This document shows, one piece after another, positions 12,401 to 24,632 of a DNA stretch of 64,000 nucleotides; position 1 is the stretch's first letter, and each line of letters begins with the position of its first letter. A program made the position numbers and the translations under genes. The notes under the pieces are model-generated. The model saw only the letters and a list, made by a program, of their open reading frames with translations. It did not search any database and was not told the DNA's origin. The stretch lies in assembly GCF_046105845.1 (NCBI RefSeq), contig NZ_CP151004.1, one strand, 5' to 3'. This DNA is from Escherichia coli (GTDB taxonomy: Bacteria > Pseudomonadota > Gammaproteobacteria > Enterobacterales > Enterobacteriaceae).

Positions 12401-13525
12401 AGGAGCAATCACCGGCTCTCCCGTTTGTGGCCCCGGTACAGGCTGCCAGGCTACTGTAGGTTGTGCAGGTGCAACATCAACAGAGGCAACAGGTGGCGTC
12501 TGAGTCACAGGTTCAACCGGTGCAGCCCAGCTTTGCGTCGCCGTGGTAGCAGCAGCTGCTACAGCAACAGGTTCGGTAATTGGCGCACCGTTTAATAATG
12601 GATCGTACTCGTCATATTCTGGCTGCGTTGCACGATTGCCCGAAAAGAGGACGTCGTCAGGGTCGGCAGCCACACCGCGTGCAGTGTAGGTAATCTCTTC
12701 GTCATCATCCATCCGCTTACCGGAGAACAACGCAGCGTCTGTTTGCCGCCCCATCGGATTAATGAATTTTTCCGCCAACCGTTTACGACGCGCTAGCGCG
12801 CCGCGAAGAATACGAGCACGGCGTGATTCATGCTGTTTGCCGTGATTTTCATCTTCATACTCTTCGTCATCTTCATACTCATCTTCATCGACCCAGGTAT
12901 CATCGCGACGGGTACGATTACTGGCGAAGGTGAGAATGTTTAAAATCCAGCCGCCGAGTTTTTCAGCAATGGTCACCCATGACCAACCGGTGAACAGCGT
13001 CAGACCCGCAGCCCAAACGCAGAGCAGCGCAATAGTTCCCCCGCTACTGTGTAGCAGTGGTTGTAGCGTAGTGCTTAGTAAGCTGCCAATGACGCCACCG
13101 GAGGCAAAATACCAGATATCGTCAGCGTTGATTGCCGCCAGACCACAGGAGGTAAGGATGAGCGCCAAAACGCCAATGATGCGTAGCGAAACGGCAAAAT
13201 AATCAATGTATTCGTCGCTGGACTGATGACGCCAGGCAAACCAACAACCGCCGACAATAATGACGGGAATGGTGTAAGCCATCACGCCAAAAATAAAGAA
13301 CAGCGTATCTGCCAGCCATGCACCGGGCATCCCACCTAAATTATGGATAGGTTCATGCCAGGCCGTTTGCGACCAGCTGGGGTCCGAAGGGTTAAAGCTT
13401 AGTAAGGCAGCCATCAACCAGACGGCAAACAGGACAATAAGGATCAGCAACGCCTCCAGAAGGCGGCGGCCGCTACTTAACTTTGTCAATGTGACTTCTT
13501 TGTCTTCAGTGTATTCCTGGCTCAA
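9497..13525 (-). CDS. ftsK: DNA translocase FtsK
   Basis: 1342 aa; N-terminal membrane domain, long Pro/Gln-rich linker, C-terminal motor with Walker A GTTGSGKS and gamma domain. Confidence 0.95.
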   Translation of the reverse strand: MSQEYTEDKEVTLTKLSSGRRLLEALLILIVLFAVWLMAALLSFNPSDPSWSQTAWHEPIHNLGGMPGAWLADTLFFIFGVMAYTIPVIIVGGCWFAWRHQSSDEYIDYFAVSLRIIGVLALILTSCGLAAINADDIWYFASGGVIGSLLSTTLQPLLHSSGGTIALLCVWAAGLTLFTGWSWVTIAEKLGGWILNILTFASNRTRRDDTWVDEDEYEDDEEYEDENHGKQHESRRARILRGALARRKRLAEKFINPMGRQTDAALFSGKRMDDDEEITYTARGVAADPDDVLFSGNRATQPEYDEYDPLLNGAPITEPVAVAAAATTATQSWAAPVEPVTQTPPVASVDVAPAQPTVAWQPVPGPQTGEPVIAPAPEGYPQQPQYAQPAVQYNEPLQQPVQPQQPYYAPAAEQPVQQPYYATAPEQSAQQSYYAPAPEQSAQQPYYAPAPEQSVAGNAWQAEEQQSTFAPQSTYQTEQTYQQPVAQEPLYQQPQPVEQQPVVEPEPVVEETKPARPPLYYFEEVEEKRAREREQLAAWYQPIPEPVKEPEPIKSSLKAPSVAAVPPVEAAAAVSPLASGVKKATLATGAAATVAAPVFSLANSAGPRPQVKEGIGPQLPRPKRIRVPTRRELASYGIKLPSQRAAEEKAREAQRNQYDSGDQYNDDEIDAMQQDELARQFAQTQQQRYGEQYQHDVPVNAEDADAAAEAELARQFAQTQQQRYSGEQPAGANPFSLDDFEFSPMKALLDDGPHEPLFTPIVEPVQQPQQPVAPQQQYQQPQQQVAPQPQYQQPQQPVAPQQQYQQPQQPVAPQPQYQQPQQPVAPQPQDTLLHPLLMRNGDSRPLHKPTTPLPSLDLLTPPPSEVEPVDTFALEQMARLVEARLADFRIKADVVNYSPGPVITRFELNLAPGVKAARISNLSRDLARSLSTVAVRVVEVIPGKPYVGLELPNKKRQTVYLREVLDNAKFRDNPSPLTVVLGKDIAGEPVVADLAKMPHLLVAGTTGSGKSVGVNAMILSMLYKAQPEDVRFIMIDPKMLELSVYEGIPHLLTEVVTDMKDAANALRWCVNEMERRYKLMSALGVRNLAGYNEKIAEADRMMRPIPDPYWKPGDSMDAQHPVLKKEPYIVVLVDEFADLMMTVGKKVEELIARLAQKARAAGIHLVLATQRPSVDVITGLIKANIPTRIAFTVSSKIDSRTILDQAGAESLLGMGDMLYSGPNSTLPVRVHGAFVRDQEVHAVVQDWKARGRPQYVDGITSDSESEGGAGGFDGAEELDPLFDQAVQFVTEKRKASISGVQRQFRIGYNRAARIIEQMEAQGIVSEQGHNGNREVLAPPPFD
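11041..11235 (-). repeat. In-frame 39-bp tandem repeats in ftsK linker (about 5 units, [13 protein letters not shown]-type)
   Basis: Near-identical units ggctgctgatactgctgctgcggtgcaaccggttgttgc repeated head-to-tail on the + strand. Confidence 0.85.
12160..12320 (-). repeat. In-frame 39-bp tandem repeats in ftsK linker (about 4 units, [13 protein letters not shown]-type)
   Basis: Units ggcgcaggggcgtaatacggctgttgcgcagactgttcc repeated with a few substitutions. Confidence 0.85.
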
Positions 13526-13659
13526 GAAAGGCTCTCCAGGTTACAGGCTTTTCCTGCCCGATGCTAAAACGGACAACAGTACCAGGTTACCCCAGTACTG
13601 TTGCTGTATGGATTAACAGGAGTGTAATCAAAATACGCCGATTTTGCACCTGTTCCGTG

Positions 13660-14154
13660 TTAGCGCGTCTTAATAACCAGACGATTACTCTGCTTGACTT
13701 CTTCCATAACAACGTATGTCCGTGTGTCATTGACGCCAGGCAGACGCAGCAGGGTTTCCCCCAACAACTTACGGTAAGCTGACATATCCGGCACGCGTGT
13801 TTTCAACAGGTAGTCGAAATCACCGGATACTAAATGACACTCCTGAATTTCTTCAAGTTTTTGTACAGCGGTATTGAATTGTTCAAACACATCCGGTGCG
13901 CCACGATTCAGAGTAATCTCAACGAATACCAGAAGTGATGCATCCAGATAATGAGGGTTCAGCAGCGCCGTATAGCCCTGAATAAACCCTTGTCTTTCCA
14001 GCCGACGCACACGCTCAAGGCACGGCGTTGGGGAAAGTCCCACACGTTTAGAAAGCTCGACGTTAGAAATACGCCCATCCTTTTGCAACTCATTAAGAAT
14101 GTTACGATCGATACGGTCGAGATCTTTGCCAGGGCGCTTCTTGCTATCTACCAT
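13660..14154 (-). CDS. lrp: Leucine-responsive regulatory protein
   Basis: ORF 13660..14208; start at internal ATG gives MVDSKKRPGKDLDRIDRNIL..., 164 aa. Confidence 0.95.
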   Translation of the reverse strand: MVDSKKRPGKDLDRIDRNILNELQKDGRISNVELSKRVGLSPTPCLERVRRLERQGFIQGYTALLNPHYLDASLLVFVEITLNRGAPDVFEQFNTAVQKLEEIQECHLVSGDFDYLLKTRVPDMSAYRKLLGETLLRLPGVNDTRTYVVMEEVKQSNRLVIKTR

Positions 14155-14581
14155 TATTATTGTCTCTCTGTATTCCTTCCCTACTCCTGTCTGACCCTGA
14201 TACATCACTGTTCAGAGTCGCTACCCGTCACGATAGACCGAAATCATGAAGATTCACGGCGCGCAATGCCTGGGTCTACGGTGAGAAGACCGTTGCCTTG
14301 TGGCAGCTATCGACATCACGAATGGCGTCTGTCCACGCCATACGTAGATTTCACTAGCACGGTAAACATGGTATTTACATGCATGGTTATGCGCATATAA
14401 GAATACTGTTTTTTTTCTTCCTCGAATGTTTTCGCAAAACACCAGGGGATTGTCAAAGCAAAACATCGATTTTTAGTACAACATGCCAGATATTCATTAC
14501 CAGGGGCGTTTATTCATCATTTAATCGGCTTATAAAGCGGGAAATTTAAGTAGCAGAGGTGATAATGACGGGAGAGTTTGA

Positions 14582-15664
<1,083 letters not shown>

Positions 15665-15692
15665 TTTTACAAATCAGTAACAAAAGTAAAGA

Positions 15693-15730
15693 AGGCGACA
15701 CCATGCGACTATGGGTCGCCTTTATTTTTT
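15693..15730 (+). terminator. Rho-independent terminator after trxB
   Basis: Hairpin ggcgacaccatgcgactatgggtcgcc followed by tttatttttt. Confidence 0.6.
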
Positions 15731-15786
15731 CCTCGTTGTAACATTGCTCTGCAAATAATTCTGATAACTCACCTGCTAAGCGTGCA

Positions 15787-17553
15787 ATGAATAAATCCCG
15801 TCAAAAAGAGTTAACCCGCTGGTTAAAACAGCAAAGCGTCATCTCCCAACGTTGGCTGAATATTTCTCGTCTGCTGGGCTTTGTGAGCGGCATATTGATC
15901 ATTGCCCAGGCCTGGTTCATGGCGCGAATTCTGCAACATATGATTATGGAGAATATTCCCCGTGAAGCCCTGCTGCTTCCCTTTACGTTACTGGTTCTGA
16001 CCTTTGTACTGCGCGCATGGGTGGTCTGGTTACGCGAACGGGTGGGTTATCACGCCGGGCAGCATATCCGCTTTGCCATCCGCCGTCAGGTTCTCGACCG
16101 TCTGCAACAAGCAGGGCCAGCGTGGATTCAGGGTAAACCGGCGGGGAGCTGGGCGACGCTGGTACTCGAGCAAATTGACGATATGCATGATTACTATGCA
16201 CGCTACCTGCCGCAAATGGCGCTGGCAGTGTCGGTGCCGTTGCTGATTGTGGTGGCTATCTTCCCCTCAAACTGGGCTGCAGCGCTGATTCTGCTGGGCA
16301 CTGCACCGCTAATTCCGTTATTTATGGCGCTGGTTGGAATGGGGGCTGCCGATGCTAACCGACGTAACTTTCTCGCTCTTGCTCGCTTAAGTGGGCATTT
16401 TCTCGATCGCCTGCGCGGCATGGAAACATTGCGTATTTTTGGTCGTGGTGAAGCTGAAATTGAAAGTATTCGTTCTGCTTCGGAAGATTTCCGCCAACGG
16501 ACAATGGAAGTGCTACGGCTGGCGTTTTTATCCTCCGGCATTCTCGAATTTTTTACCTCGCTGTCAATTGCTCTGGTGGCGGTCTACTTTGGTTTTTCCT
16601 ATCTCGGCGAGCTGGATTTTGGTCACTATGATACTGGCGTGACGCTGGCTGCGGGTTTTCTAGCCCTGATCCTTGCGCCGGAGTTTTTCCAGCCATTACG
16701 CGATCTCGGTACGTTTTATCATGCTAAAGCCCAGGCTGTTGGCGCAGCTGACAGTCTGAAAACGTTTATGGAAACCCCGCTCGCCCATCCGCAACGTGGT
16801 GAGGCGGAATTAGCATCAACCGATCCGGTGACCATTGAAGCCGAGGATCTGTTTATTACATCACCAGAAGGTAAAACGCTGGCTGGACCGCTGAACTTTA
16901 CTTTGCCAGCAGGCCAACGTGCAGTGTTGGTTGGTCGCAGCGGTTCAGGTAAAAGCTCACTGCTGAACGCGCTTTCTGGTTTTCTCTCATATCAGGGATC
17001 GCTACGAATCAACGGGATAGAATTACGCGATTTATCACCGGAATCATGGCGTAAACATCTCTCCTGGGTTGGGCAAAACCCACAATTACCGGCAGCAACA
17101 CTACGGGATAACGTACTACTGGCACGACCTGATGCCAGCGAACACGAGTTACAAACAGCGCTGGATAACGCCTGGGTCAGTGAGTTTCTACCGCTCCTGC
17201 CACAAGGCGTTGATACGCCTGTTGGCGACCAGGCTGCCCGCCTTTCCGTAGGGCAGGCACAGCGCGTGGCGGTGGCCCGAGCATTACTAAATCCCTGTTC
17301 GCTATTACTGTTGGATGAACCCGCTGCCAGCCTTGATGCTCACAGTGAACAGCGCGTAATGGGGGCGCTTAATGCCGCCTCTCTGCGCCAGACAACGTTA
17401 ATGGTCACCCACCAGTTAGAAGATCTTGCTGACTGGGATGTCATTTGGGTAATGCAGGATGGTCAGATTATTGAGCAAGGACGTTACGCGGAATTAAGCG
17501 TGGCTGGTGGTCCTTTCTCCACATTGCTGGCCCATCGTCAGGAGGAGATTTAA
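15787..17553 (+). CDS. cydD: ABC transporter CydD (cysteine/glutathione export, cytochrome bd assembly)
   Basis: 588 aa; N-terminal TMD plus C-terminal ABC ATPase (GRSGSGKSS, LSVGQAQR). Confidence 0.95.
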   Translation: MNKSRQKELTRWLKQQSVISQRWLNISRLLGFVSGILIIAQAWFMARILQHMIMENIPREALLLPFTLLVLTFVLRAWVVWLRERVGYHAGQHIRFAIRRQVLDRLQQAGPAWIQGKPAGSWATLVLEQIDDMHDYYARYLPQMALAVSVPLLIVVAIFPSNWAAALILLGTAPLIPLFMALVGMGAADANRRNFLALARLSGHFLDRLRGMETLRIFGRGEAEIESIRSASEDFRQRTMEVLRLAFLSSGILEFFTSLSIALVAVYFGFSYLGELDFGHYDTGVTLAAGFLALILAPEFFQPLRDLGTFYHAKAQAVGAADSLKTFMETPLAHPQRGEAELASTDPVTIEAEDLFITSPEGKTLAGPLNFTLPAGQRAVLVGRSGSGKSSLLNALSGFLSYQGSLRINGIELRDLSPESWRKHLSWVGQNPQLPAATLRDNVLLARPDASEHELQTALDNAWVSEFLPLLPQGVDTPVGDQAARLSVGQAQRVAVARALLNPCSLLLLDEPAASLDAHSEQRVMGALNAASLRQTTLMVTHQLEDLADWDVIWVMQDGQIIEQGRYAELSVAGGPFSTLLAHRQEEI

Positions 17554-19275
17554 ATGCGCGCTTTGCTACCCTATCTGGCACTGTATAAACGTCATAAATG
17601 GATGTTAAGTCTTGGTATTGCGCTGGCAATTGTCACACTGCTCGCCAGTATCGGTCTGTTGACACTTTCCGGCTGGTTCCTCTCCGCCTCAGCGGTAGCG
17701 GGGGTTGCCGGACTGTATAGCTTCAACTATATGCTACCCGCTGCGGGCGTGCGTGGCGCAGCAATCACCCGTACTGCCGGGCGCTATTTTGAACGTCTGG
17801 TAAGTCACGACGCGACTTTCCGCGTGTTGCAGCATCTGCGCATTTACACCTTCAGCAAATTGCTGCCCCTATCCCCTGCCGGACTGGCGCGCTATCGTCA
17901 GGGCGAATTGCTCAACCGCGTGGTGGCGGATGTTGATACGCTCGATCATCTTTACCTGCGCGTTATCTCGCCGCTGGTGGGCGCTTTTGTGGTGATTATG
18001 GTGGTGACAATCGGGTTAAGTTTCCTTGATTTCACCCTCGCCTTTACGCTGGGCGGCATTATGTTACTGACGCTTTTCCTGATGCCACCGCTGTTTTATC
18101 GTGCGGGAAAAAGCACCGGGCAAAATCTGACTCATCTTCGCGGGCAGTATCGCCAACAACTGACGGCCTGGCTGCAAGGGCAAGCTGAGCTGACCATTTT
18201 TGGTGCCAGCGATCGTTATCGCACGCAGTTAGAGAATACCGAAATTCAGTGGCTGGAAGCGCAACGACGTCAATCTGAACTCACCGCATTGTCGCAAGCG
18301 ATAATGCTGCTCATTGGCGCGTTAGCGGTGATCCTGATGCTGTGGATGGCGTCTGGCGGCGTTGGCGGCAATGCTCAACCCGGCGCGTTAATTGCCCTGT
18401 TTGTCTTCTGCGCGTTAGCCGCGTTTGAAGCACTGGCACCAGTAACGGGTGCATTTCAGCATCTGGGGCAAGTCATTGCCTCTGCCGTACGGATCACTGA
18501 CTTAACGGATCAAAAACCGGAGGTCACCTTCCCTGATACCCAAACTCGTGTTGCCGATCGCGTTTCGCTGACGTTACGGGATGTTCAGTTCACTTATCCG
18601 GAGCAATCCCAACAGGCACTTAAAGGGATTTCTCTTCAGGTAAACGCCGGAGAACATATAGCGATTCTCGGGCGAACCGGATGCGGCAAATCAACACTGT
18701 TACAACTGCTGACCCGCGCATGGGACCCGCAACAGGGCGAGATTTTGCTTAACGATAGCCCCATAGCCAGCCTGAATGAAGCGACTCTACGACAGACCAT
18801 CAGCGTTGTGCCACAGCGAGTGCATCTGTTTAGCGCCACGCTGCGTGATAATCTGTTACTCGCCTCGCCTGGCAGTAGTGATGAGGCTCTGGCGGAGATC
18901 TTACGTCGCGTTGGTCTGGAGAAGCTGCTCGAGGATGCAGGTCTCAACAGTTGGTTGGGTGAAGGCGGACGCCAGCTCTCCGGTGGTGAACTACGCCGTC
19001 TGGCTATCGCCCGTGCGCTGTTACATGATGCGCCGCTGGTATTGCTGGATGAACCTACAGAAGGCTTAGATGCCACAACCGAAAGTCAGATCCTTGAATT
19101 GCTTGCAGAAATGATGCGTGAGAAAACGGTGTTAATGGTCACCCATCGACTTCGTGGACTCTCTCGTTTCCAACAAATAATAGTGATGGACAACGGGCAA
19201 ATTATTGAGCAAGGTACTCACGCAAAACTGCTTGCCAGACAGGGGCGTTATTACCAGTTTAAGCAGGGTTTGTAA
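17554..19275 (+). CDS. cydC: ABC transporter CydC
   Basis: 573 aa; starts directly after the cydD stop; TMD plus ABC ATPase (GRTGCGKST, LSGGELRR). Confidence 0.95.
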   Translation: MRALLPYLALYKRHKWMLSLGIALAIVTLLASIGLLTLSGWFLSASAVAGVAGLYSFNYMLPAAGVRGAAITRTAGRYFERLVSHDATFRVLQHLRIYTFSKLLPLSPAGLARYRQGELLNRVVADVDTLDHLYLRVISPLVGAFVVIMVVTIGLSFLDFTLAFTLGGIMLLTLFLMPPLFYRAGKSTGQNLTHLRGQYRQQLTAWLQGQAELTIFGASDRYRTQLENTEIQWLEAQRRQSELTALSQAIMLLIGALAVILMLWMASGGVGGNAQPGALIALFVFCALAAFEALAPVTGAFQHLGQVIASAVRITDLTDQKPEVTFPDTQTRVADRVSLTLRDVQFTYPEQSQQALKGISLQVNAGEHIAILGRTGCGKSTLLQLLTRAWDPQQGEILLNDSPIASLNEATLRQTISVVPQRVHLFSATLRDNLLLASPGSSDEALAEILRRVGLEKLLEDAGLNSWLGEGGRQLSGGELRRLAIARALLHDAPLVLLDEPTEGLDATTESQILELLAEMMREKTVLMVTHRLRGLSRFQQIIVMDNGQIIEQGTHAKLLARQGRYYQFKQGL

Positions 19276-19316
19276 GCTATTATTGAACGATCCGACTTGC
19301 GTGGAGTTTTGCGGTC

Positions 19317-20021
19317 ATGCGCCTGGTTCAGCTTTCTCGCCATTCAATAGCCTTCCCTTCCCCGGAAGGCGCATTACGTGAGCCTAACGGCCTGCTGGCA
19401 CTGGGGGGCGATCTTAGCCCTGCGCGCCTGTTAATGGCTTACCAGCGTGGTATTTTTCCGTGGTTTTCTCCAGGTGACCCCATCCTCTGGTGGTCGCCCG
19501 ATCCTCGCGCGGTGCTTTGGCCTGAATCACTGCATATCAGCCGTAGTATGAAGCGATTTCATAAACGCTCGCCCTATCGAGTCACGATGAATTACGCTTT
19601 TGGTCAGGTCATTGAAGGCTGTGCCAGCGATCGCGAAGAAGGAACCTGGATCACGCGTGGCGTGGTCGAAGCCTACCATCGCCTTCACGAACTCGGTCAT
19701 GCCCACTCTATTGAAGTCTGGCGTGAAGATGAGCTTGTCGGCGGTATGTACGGCGTGGCCCAGGGAACGCTATTTTGTGGCGAGTCCATGTTCAGCCGGA
19801 TGGAAAATGCGTCTAAAACGGCGCTTCTGGTATTCTGTGAGGAATTTATTGGTCATGGCGGTAAACTTATCGACTGCCAGGTCCTTAACGATCACACAGC
19901 GTCGCTTGGTGCCTGCGAAATTCCCCGCCGGGATTACCTCAATTATCTCAATCAAATGCGCCTCGGACGATTGCCGAATAATTTCTGGGTACCACGGTGC
20001 TTGTTTTCACCACAAGAATGA
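19317..20021 (+). CDS. aat: Leucyl/phenylalanyl-tRNA--protein transferase
   Basis: 234 aa; recognised as Aat. Confidence 0.95.
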
Positions 20022-20302
20022 ATGTTTTCGGCACATTTCTCCCCAGAGTGTTATAATTGCGGTCGCAGAGTTGGTTACGCTCATTACCCCGCTGCCGATA
20101 AGGAATTTTTCGCGTCAGGTAACGCCCATCGTTTATCTCACCGCTCCCTTATACGTTGCGCTTTTGGTGCGGCTTAGCCGTGTGTTTTCGGAGTAATGTG
20201 CCGAACCTGTTTGTTGCGATTTAGCGCGCAAATCTTTACTTATTTACAGAACTTCGGCATTATCTTGCCGGTTCAAATTACGGTAGTGATACCCCAGAGG
20301 AT

Positions 20303-20524
<222 letters not shown>

Positions 20525-20565
20525 TTGTTTTACCGCCTGATGGGCGAAGAGAAAGAACGAGTAAA

Positions 20566-20590
20566 AGGTCGGTTTAACCGGCCTTTTTAT
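20566..20590 (+). terminator. Rho-independent terminator after infA
   Basis: Hairpin ggtcggtttaaccggcc followed by tttttatttt. Confidence 0.6.
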
Positions 20591-20704
20591 TTTGTGATAT
20601 GTATGAAGTACTTTGGAAGTATAAGTCCATAACTTGTCTCGATGTAGATATACTGCACAACTTGTTTACAGTATGAGCAAACAATAATTATCATTAAAAT
20701 TCTT

Positions 20705-20734
20705 CTTGACCGTTTTACTCCAACTCCCTATAGT
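20705..20734 (+). promoter_or_regulatory. Candidate sigma-70 promoter for serW (cttgac-N18-tatagt, GC-rich discriminator)
   Basis: -35/-10-like hexamers about 45 nt upstream of the tRNA; discriminator gcgcccc is typical of stringently controlled stable-RNA promoters. Confidence 0.45.
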
Positions 20735-20777
20735 AGCGCCCCGTTGCCACCCATGAGGTTTGGTAGCAAAACAATTT

Positions 20778-20865
20778 GGTGAGGTGTCCGAGTGGCTGAA
20801 GGAGCACGCCTGGAAAGTGTGTATACGGCAACGTATCGGGGGTTCGAATCCCCCCCTCACCGCCA
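20778..20865 (+). tRNA. serW: tRNA-Ser (anticodon GGA), 88 nt with long variable arm, encoded CCA
   Basis: Acceptor stem GGTGAGG/CCTCACC, anticodon loop cuGGAaa, T-arm gggggttcgaatccccc, genomic CCA end. Confidence 0.95.
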
Positions 20866-20875
20866 TATTCAAAGA

Positions 20876-20908
20876 AGAGTTCGTACGAAAGTGCGAGCTT
20901 TTTTTTCG
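20876..20908 (+). terminator. Rho-independent terminator after serW
   Basis: Hairpin gttcgtac-gaaa-gtgcgagc (two G-U pairs) followed by T8. Confidence 0.6.
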
Positions 20909-21025
20909 CATATTGCACTCCAGGGGGGATGAGAAGCCCCGACCGGGGTTCGACAACTGGCGCAGCCAGTTGGACAGACCACGAACACAGTGAGTGGGCT
21001 GCCCGCAGGGCGAGCGAAGCGAGTC

Positions 21026-21088
21026 AATCCCCCCTCACCGCCATATTTAAAGAAAAGCTCGTACGAAAGTACGAGTTTTTTTTCGCAT
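21026..21088 (+). repeat. Direct duplicate of serW 3' end (last ~21 nt) plus its terminator
   Basis: aatcccccctcaccgccatat...gtacgaaagtacgag-T8 repeats 20847..20917 with a few substitutions; period about 179 bp. Confidence 0.7.
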
Positions 21089-21321
21089 TTTATCTGCCTG
21101 TACGGCAGTGAACGGTATAAAAATCGAGTTTTTCTTTCGGTTGGCTTTCTAAGCTGCCTGTACGGCAGTGAACTCAAATACTACACGTTTAGTCCGTTAT
21201 TAATAAAGCAAAACCATCTCATTTTCCTGCTGCCACCCTTTTTTATTCTTACCTTCCAGCACCATTAATTATCAACAACTTACCTTCACCTCCAAAAATA
21301 GGGTTTTCACCGCCCCAGCCT

Positions 21322-21360
21322 ACAAACAAAAAGTCCGTAACCTCTTTCGAGATTACGGAC
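21322..21360 (-). terminator. Rho-independent terminator after clpA
   Basis: Minus-strand hairpin gtccgtaa...ttacggac followed by a T-rich run, just past the clpA stop. Confidence 0.6.
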
Positions 21361-21385
21361 TTCACCAACCTACCTGACAATCAGA

Positions 21386-23662
21386 TTAATGCGCTGCTTC
21401 CGCCTTGTGCTTTTGTGCACTCTGGAATCCATAAGTCAGCTCATTTTTCTCTTTATCCAGCGCAACCGTCACCTGACCGCCGTCCACCAGCGAACCAAAC
21501 AACAGTTCGTTGGCGAGCGGTTTTTTCAGGTTGTCCTGGATGACACGCGCCATCGGACGTGCGCCCATTGCCCGGTCGTAACCTTTCTCGGCCAGCCAGT
21601 TACGCGCTTCCTGGCTCACTTCCAGAGAAACACCTTTCTGATCCAACTGAACCTGCAACTCGACGATGAATTTATCCACTACCTGATGGATCACGTCGGT
21701 GGAGAGATGATCGAACCAGATAATGTTGTCGAGACGGTTACGAAACTCCGGCGTAAAGATCTTCTTGATCTCTTCCATCGCATCGGTACTGTTGTCCTGG
21801 TGGATAAGACCAATCGATTTACGCTCAGTTTCTCGTACCCCAGCGTTGGTGGTCATCACCAATACCACGTTACGGAAGTCCGCTTTGCGTCCGTTGTTAT
21901 CGGTCAGCGTACCGTTGTCCATCACCTGCAACAGAATATTGAACACGTCCGGGTGCGCTTTCTCGATTTCGTCCAGCAGCAGCACCGCATGTGGATGCTT
22001 GATGACCGCATCAGTCAGCAAACCGCCCTGATCAAAACCAACGTATCCCGGAGGCGCACCAATAAGACGGCTGACGGTATGGCGTTCCATATACTCGGAC
22101 ATATCAAAGCGCAGAAGCTCAATGCCCAACGCTTTCGAAAGCTGTACCGTCACCTCTGTTTTCCCGACCCCGGTAGGGCCGGCAAACAGGAACGAACCAA
22201 CCGGTTTATGTTCGTGACCTAAACCTGCACGCGCCATCTTAATGGCTTCAGTCAGCGCCTCAATGGCTTTATCCTGACCGAAGACCAGCATTTTCAGGCG
22301 ATCGCCGAGGTTTTTCAGGGTATCGCGGTCACTCTGCGAAACACTCTTCTCTGGAATGCGCGCAATACGGGCCACCACGGACTCAATATCCGCCACATTA
22401 ACGGTTTTCTTGCGTTTGCTTACCGGCATCAGGCGTGCGCGAGCGCCCGCTTCGTCGATAACGTCAATGGCTTTATCCGGCAGATGACGATCGTTAATGT
22501 ATTTCACCGCCAGCTCTACCGCTGCACGCACCGCTTTTGCGGTATAACGCACGTCGTGGTGCGCTTCATACTTCGGTTTCAGGCCATTGATGATTTGAAC
22601 AGTTTCTTCGATCGACGGTTCAGTAATATCAATTTTCTGGAAGCGACGCGCCAGAGCACGGTCTTTCTCGAAAATGTTGCTGAACTCCTGATAGGTTGTC
22701 GAACCAATTACGCGAATTTTACCGCTGGAGAGCAGCGGTTTGATCAGGTTAGCCGCATCGACCTGGCCACCAGACGCTGCACCTGCACCGATAATGGTGT
22801 GGATCTCATCAATAAACAGGATGCTGTTAGTATCCTGCTCCAGCTGCTTGAGCAACGCTTTAAAACGTTTTTCAAAGTCGCCGCGATATTTAGTGCCCGC
22901 TAACAGAGAACCGATATCGAGAGAGTAAATCGTACAGTCAGCCATCACTTCCGGCACATCGCCCTGAACAATTCGCCAGGCAAGACCTTCCGCAATCGCG
23001 GTTTTACCGACACCAGACTCCCCCACCAGCAGCGGGTTGTTTTTACGGCGACGGCAGAGAACCTGAATAGCACGCTCCAGCTCCTTCTCACGACCAATCA
23101 GTGGGTCGATTCCGCCCACACGCGCAAGCTGATTCAGGTTCGTCGTGAAATTCTCCATACGTTCCTCCCCACCAGCTTGTTCTTCGCTGTTTGGCTGGCT
23201 GCCAGGATCAGAAGACTGTGTCGGCTCGTCTTTACGCGTGCCATGAGAGATAAAGTTCACCACATCGAGACGGCTGACTTCATGTTTACGCAACAGATAT
23301 GCCGCCTGCGACTCCTGTTCGCTAAAAATAGCGACCAGAACGTTTGCACCGGTAACCTCATTGCGACCGGAGGACTGGACATGGAAGACCGCACGTTGCA
23401 GTACACGCTGAAAACTCAGCGTCGGCTGTGTGTCGCGCTCCTCTTCACTGGCAGGCAGAACGGGTGTGGTTTGTTCAATAAAGGCTTCCAGTTCCTGACG
23501 GAGCGCAACCAAATCCACAGAACACGCTTCCAGCGCCTCCCGGGCAGATGGGTTACTGAGCAGCGCCAGTAACAAGTGCTCGACGGTCATAAACTCATGA
23601 CGGTGCTCGCGCGCTCTGGCGAAAGCCATATTTAAACTGAGTTCCAGTTCTTGATTGAGCAT
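21386..23662 (-). CDS. clpA: ATP-dependent Clp protease ATPase subunit ClpA
   Basis: ORF 21386..23677; start at internal ATG gives [19 protein letters not shown]..., 758 aa; two AAA+ modules ([16 protein letters not shown]). Confidence 0.95.
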   Translation of the reverse strand: MLNQELELSLNMAFARAREHRHEFMTVEHLLLALLSNPSAREALEACSVDLVALRQELEAFIEQTTPVLPASEEERDTQPTLSFQRVLQRAVFHVQSSGRNEVTGANVLVAIFSEQESQAAYLLRKHEVSRLDVVNFISHGTRKDEPTQSSDPGSQPNSEEQAGGEERMENFTTNLNQLARVGGIDPLIGREKELERAIQVLCRRRKNNPLLVGESGVGKTAIAEGLAWRIVQGDVPEVMADCTIYSLDIGSLLAGTKYRGDFEKRFKALLKQLEQDTNSILFIDEIHTIIGAGAASGGQVDAANLIKPLLSSGKIRVIGSTTYQEFSNIFEKDRALARRFQKIDITEPSIEETVQIINGLKPKYEAHHDVRYTAKAVRAAVELAVKYINDRHLPDKAIDVIDEAGARARLMPVSKRKKTVNVADIESVVARIARIPEKSVSQSDRDTLKNLGDRLKMLVFGQDKAIEALTEAIKMARAGLGHEHKPVGSFLFAGPTGVGKTEVTVQLSKALGIELLRFDMSEYMERHTVSRLIGAPPGYVGFDQGGLLTDAVIKHPHAVLLLDEIEKAHPDVFNILLQVMDNGTLTDNNGRKADFRNVVLVMTTNAGVRETERKSIGLIHQDNSTDAMEEIKKIFTPEFRNRLDNIIWFDHLSTDVIHQVVDKFIVELQVQLDQKGVSLEVSQEARNWLAEKGYDRAMGARPMARVIQDNLKKPLANELLFGSLVDGGQVTVALDKEKNELTYGFQSAQKHKAEAAH

Positions 23663-23692
23663 AGGCACCTCCCCCAATTTTTATGCCTGCAT

Positions 23693-24013
23693 TCAGGCTT
23701 TTTCTAGCGTACACAGCAATGGATGCTCATTCTCCCTCGCGTACTTGTTCACCATCGCCACTTTGGTTTCTGCAACCTCGGCGGTAAAGACTCCGCAAAT
23801 GGCCTTCCCCTGGTAGTGAACAGCGAGCATCAATTGCGTTGCACGTTCTACATCATAAGAAAAGAATTTTTGTAACACGTCAATAACAAACTCCATCGGA
23901 GTGTAATCATCATTGACTAATATCACTTTATACATAGATGGCGGTTTTAGCGCGTCGCGAACTTTTTCTTCCGCCAGTTGATCAAAGTCCAGCCAGTCGT
24001 TCGTTTTACCCAT
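23693..24013 (-). CDS. clpS: ClpA adaptor protein ClpS
   Basis: 106 aa; immediately upstream of clpA; recognised as ClpS. Confidence 0.95.
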
Positions 24014-24335
24014 TGTCAGTTATCATCTTCGGTTACGGTTATCGGCAGAACGCCCTGCCGCTGACAAGAGCTTATTTGCCTGACCAATCTACTCCACATG
24101 ATAGATAACTATCATCTATCGTTGGCATCAGCGACATCTGTCACATTCCTGTCAATAGCGTTAACTGCTTCAAATTTTTGATTCATACCTGCCCCCTGGC
24201 CCCTGTCAAATGCTTGACGGCTCGCCCTAATTCTCTAAATTGTATTTCTAGAGTTGGCGAGGTTTTGAACAGCCCCCTCTCTGACCCCGGTTTATTCCAT
24301 CTTACTTGTATAAGATTTGCGAAGGATGTCGAAGC

Positions 24336-24560
24336 ATGGAAAAGGGTACTGTTAAGTGGTTCAACAATGCCAAAGGGTTTGGTTTCATCTGCCCTGAAGG
24401 CGGCGGCGAAGATATTTTCGCTCATTATTCCACCATTCAGATGGATGGTTACAGAACGCTAAAAGCTGGACAATCCGTTCAGTTTGATGTCCACCAGGGG
24501 CCAAAAGGCAATCATGCCAGTGTTATTGTGCCCGTCGAAGTAGAAGCGGCAGTCGCATAG
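24336..24560 (+). CDS. cspD: Cold-shock-domain protein CspD
   Basis: ORF 24306..24560; start at internal ATG gives MEKGTVKWFNNAKGFGFI..., 74 aa. Confidence 0.9.
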   Translation: MEKGTVKWFNNAKGFGFICPEGGGEDIFAHYSTIQMDGYRTLKAGQSVQFDVHQGPKGNHASVIVPVEVEAAVA

Positions 24561-24593
24561 CTCTTCTGTCTCATTGTGTACATCCTAAAGGCA

Positions 24594-24624
24594 AAATGCC
24601 AGCCCGATCGGCTGGCATTTTTAT
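24594..24624. terminator. Bidirectional terminator between convergent cspD and macB
   Basis: Hairpin aaatgccagcc-gatc-ggctggcattt flanked by A and T runs. Confidence 0.6.
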
Positions 24625-24632
24625 CTCAAAAA

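Noticed and set aside
10898-12595. Plus-strand ORFs (234 aa, 230 aa and others) antisense to the ftsK linker
   Set aside because: Produced by the low-complexity repeats of the ftsK linker read on the opposite strand; Arg/Leu-rich nonsense composition.
21389-22222. 277-aa plus-strand ORF antisense to clpA
   Set aside because: Shadow ORF inside clpA.
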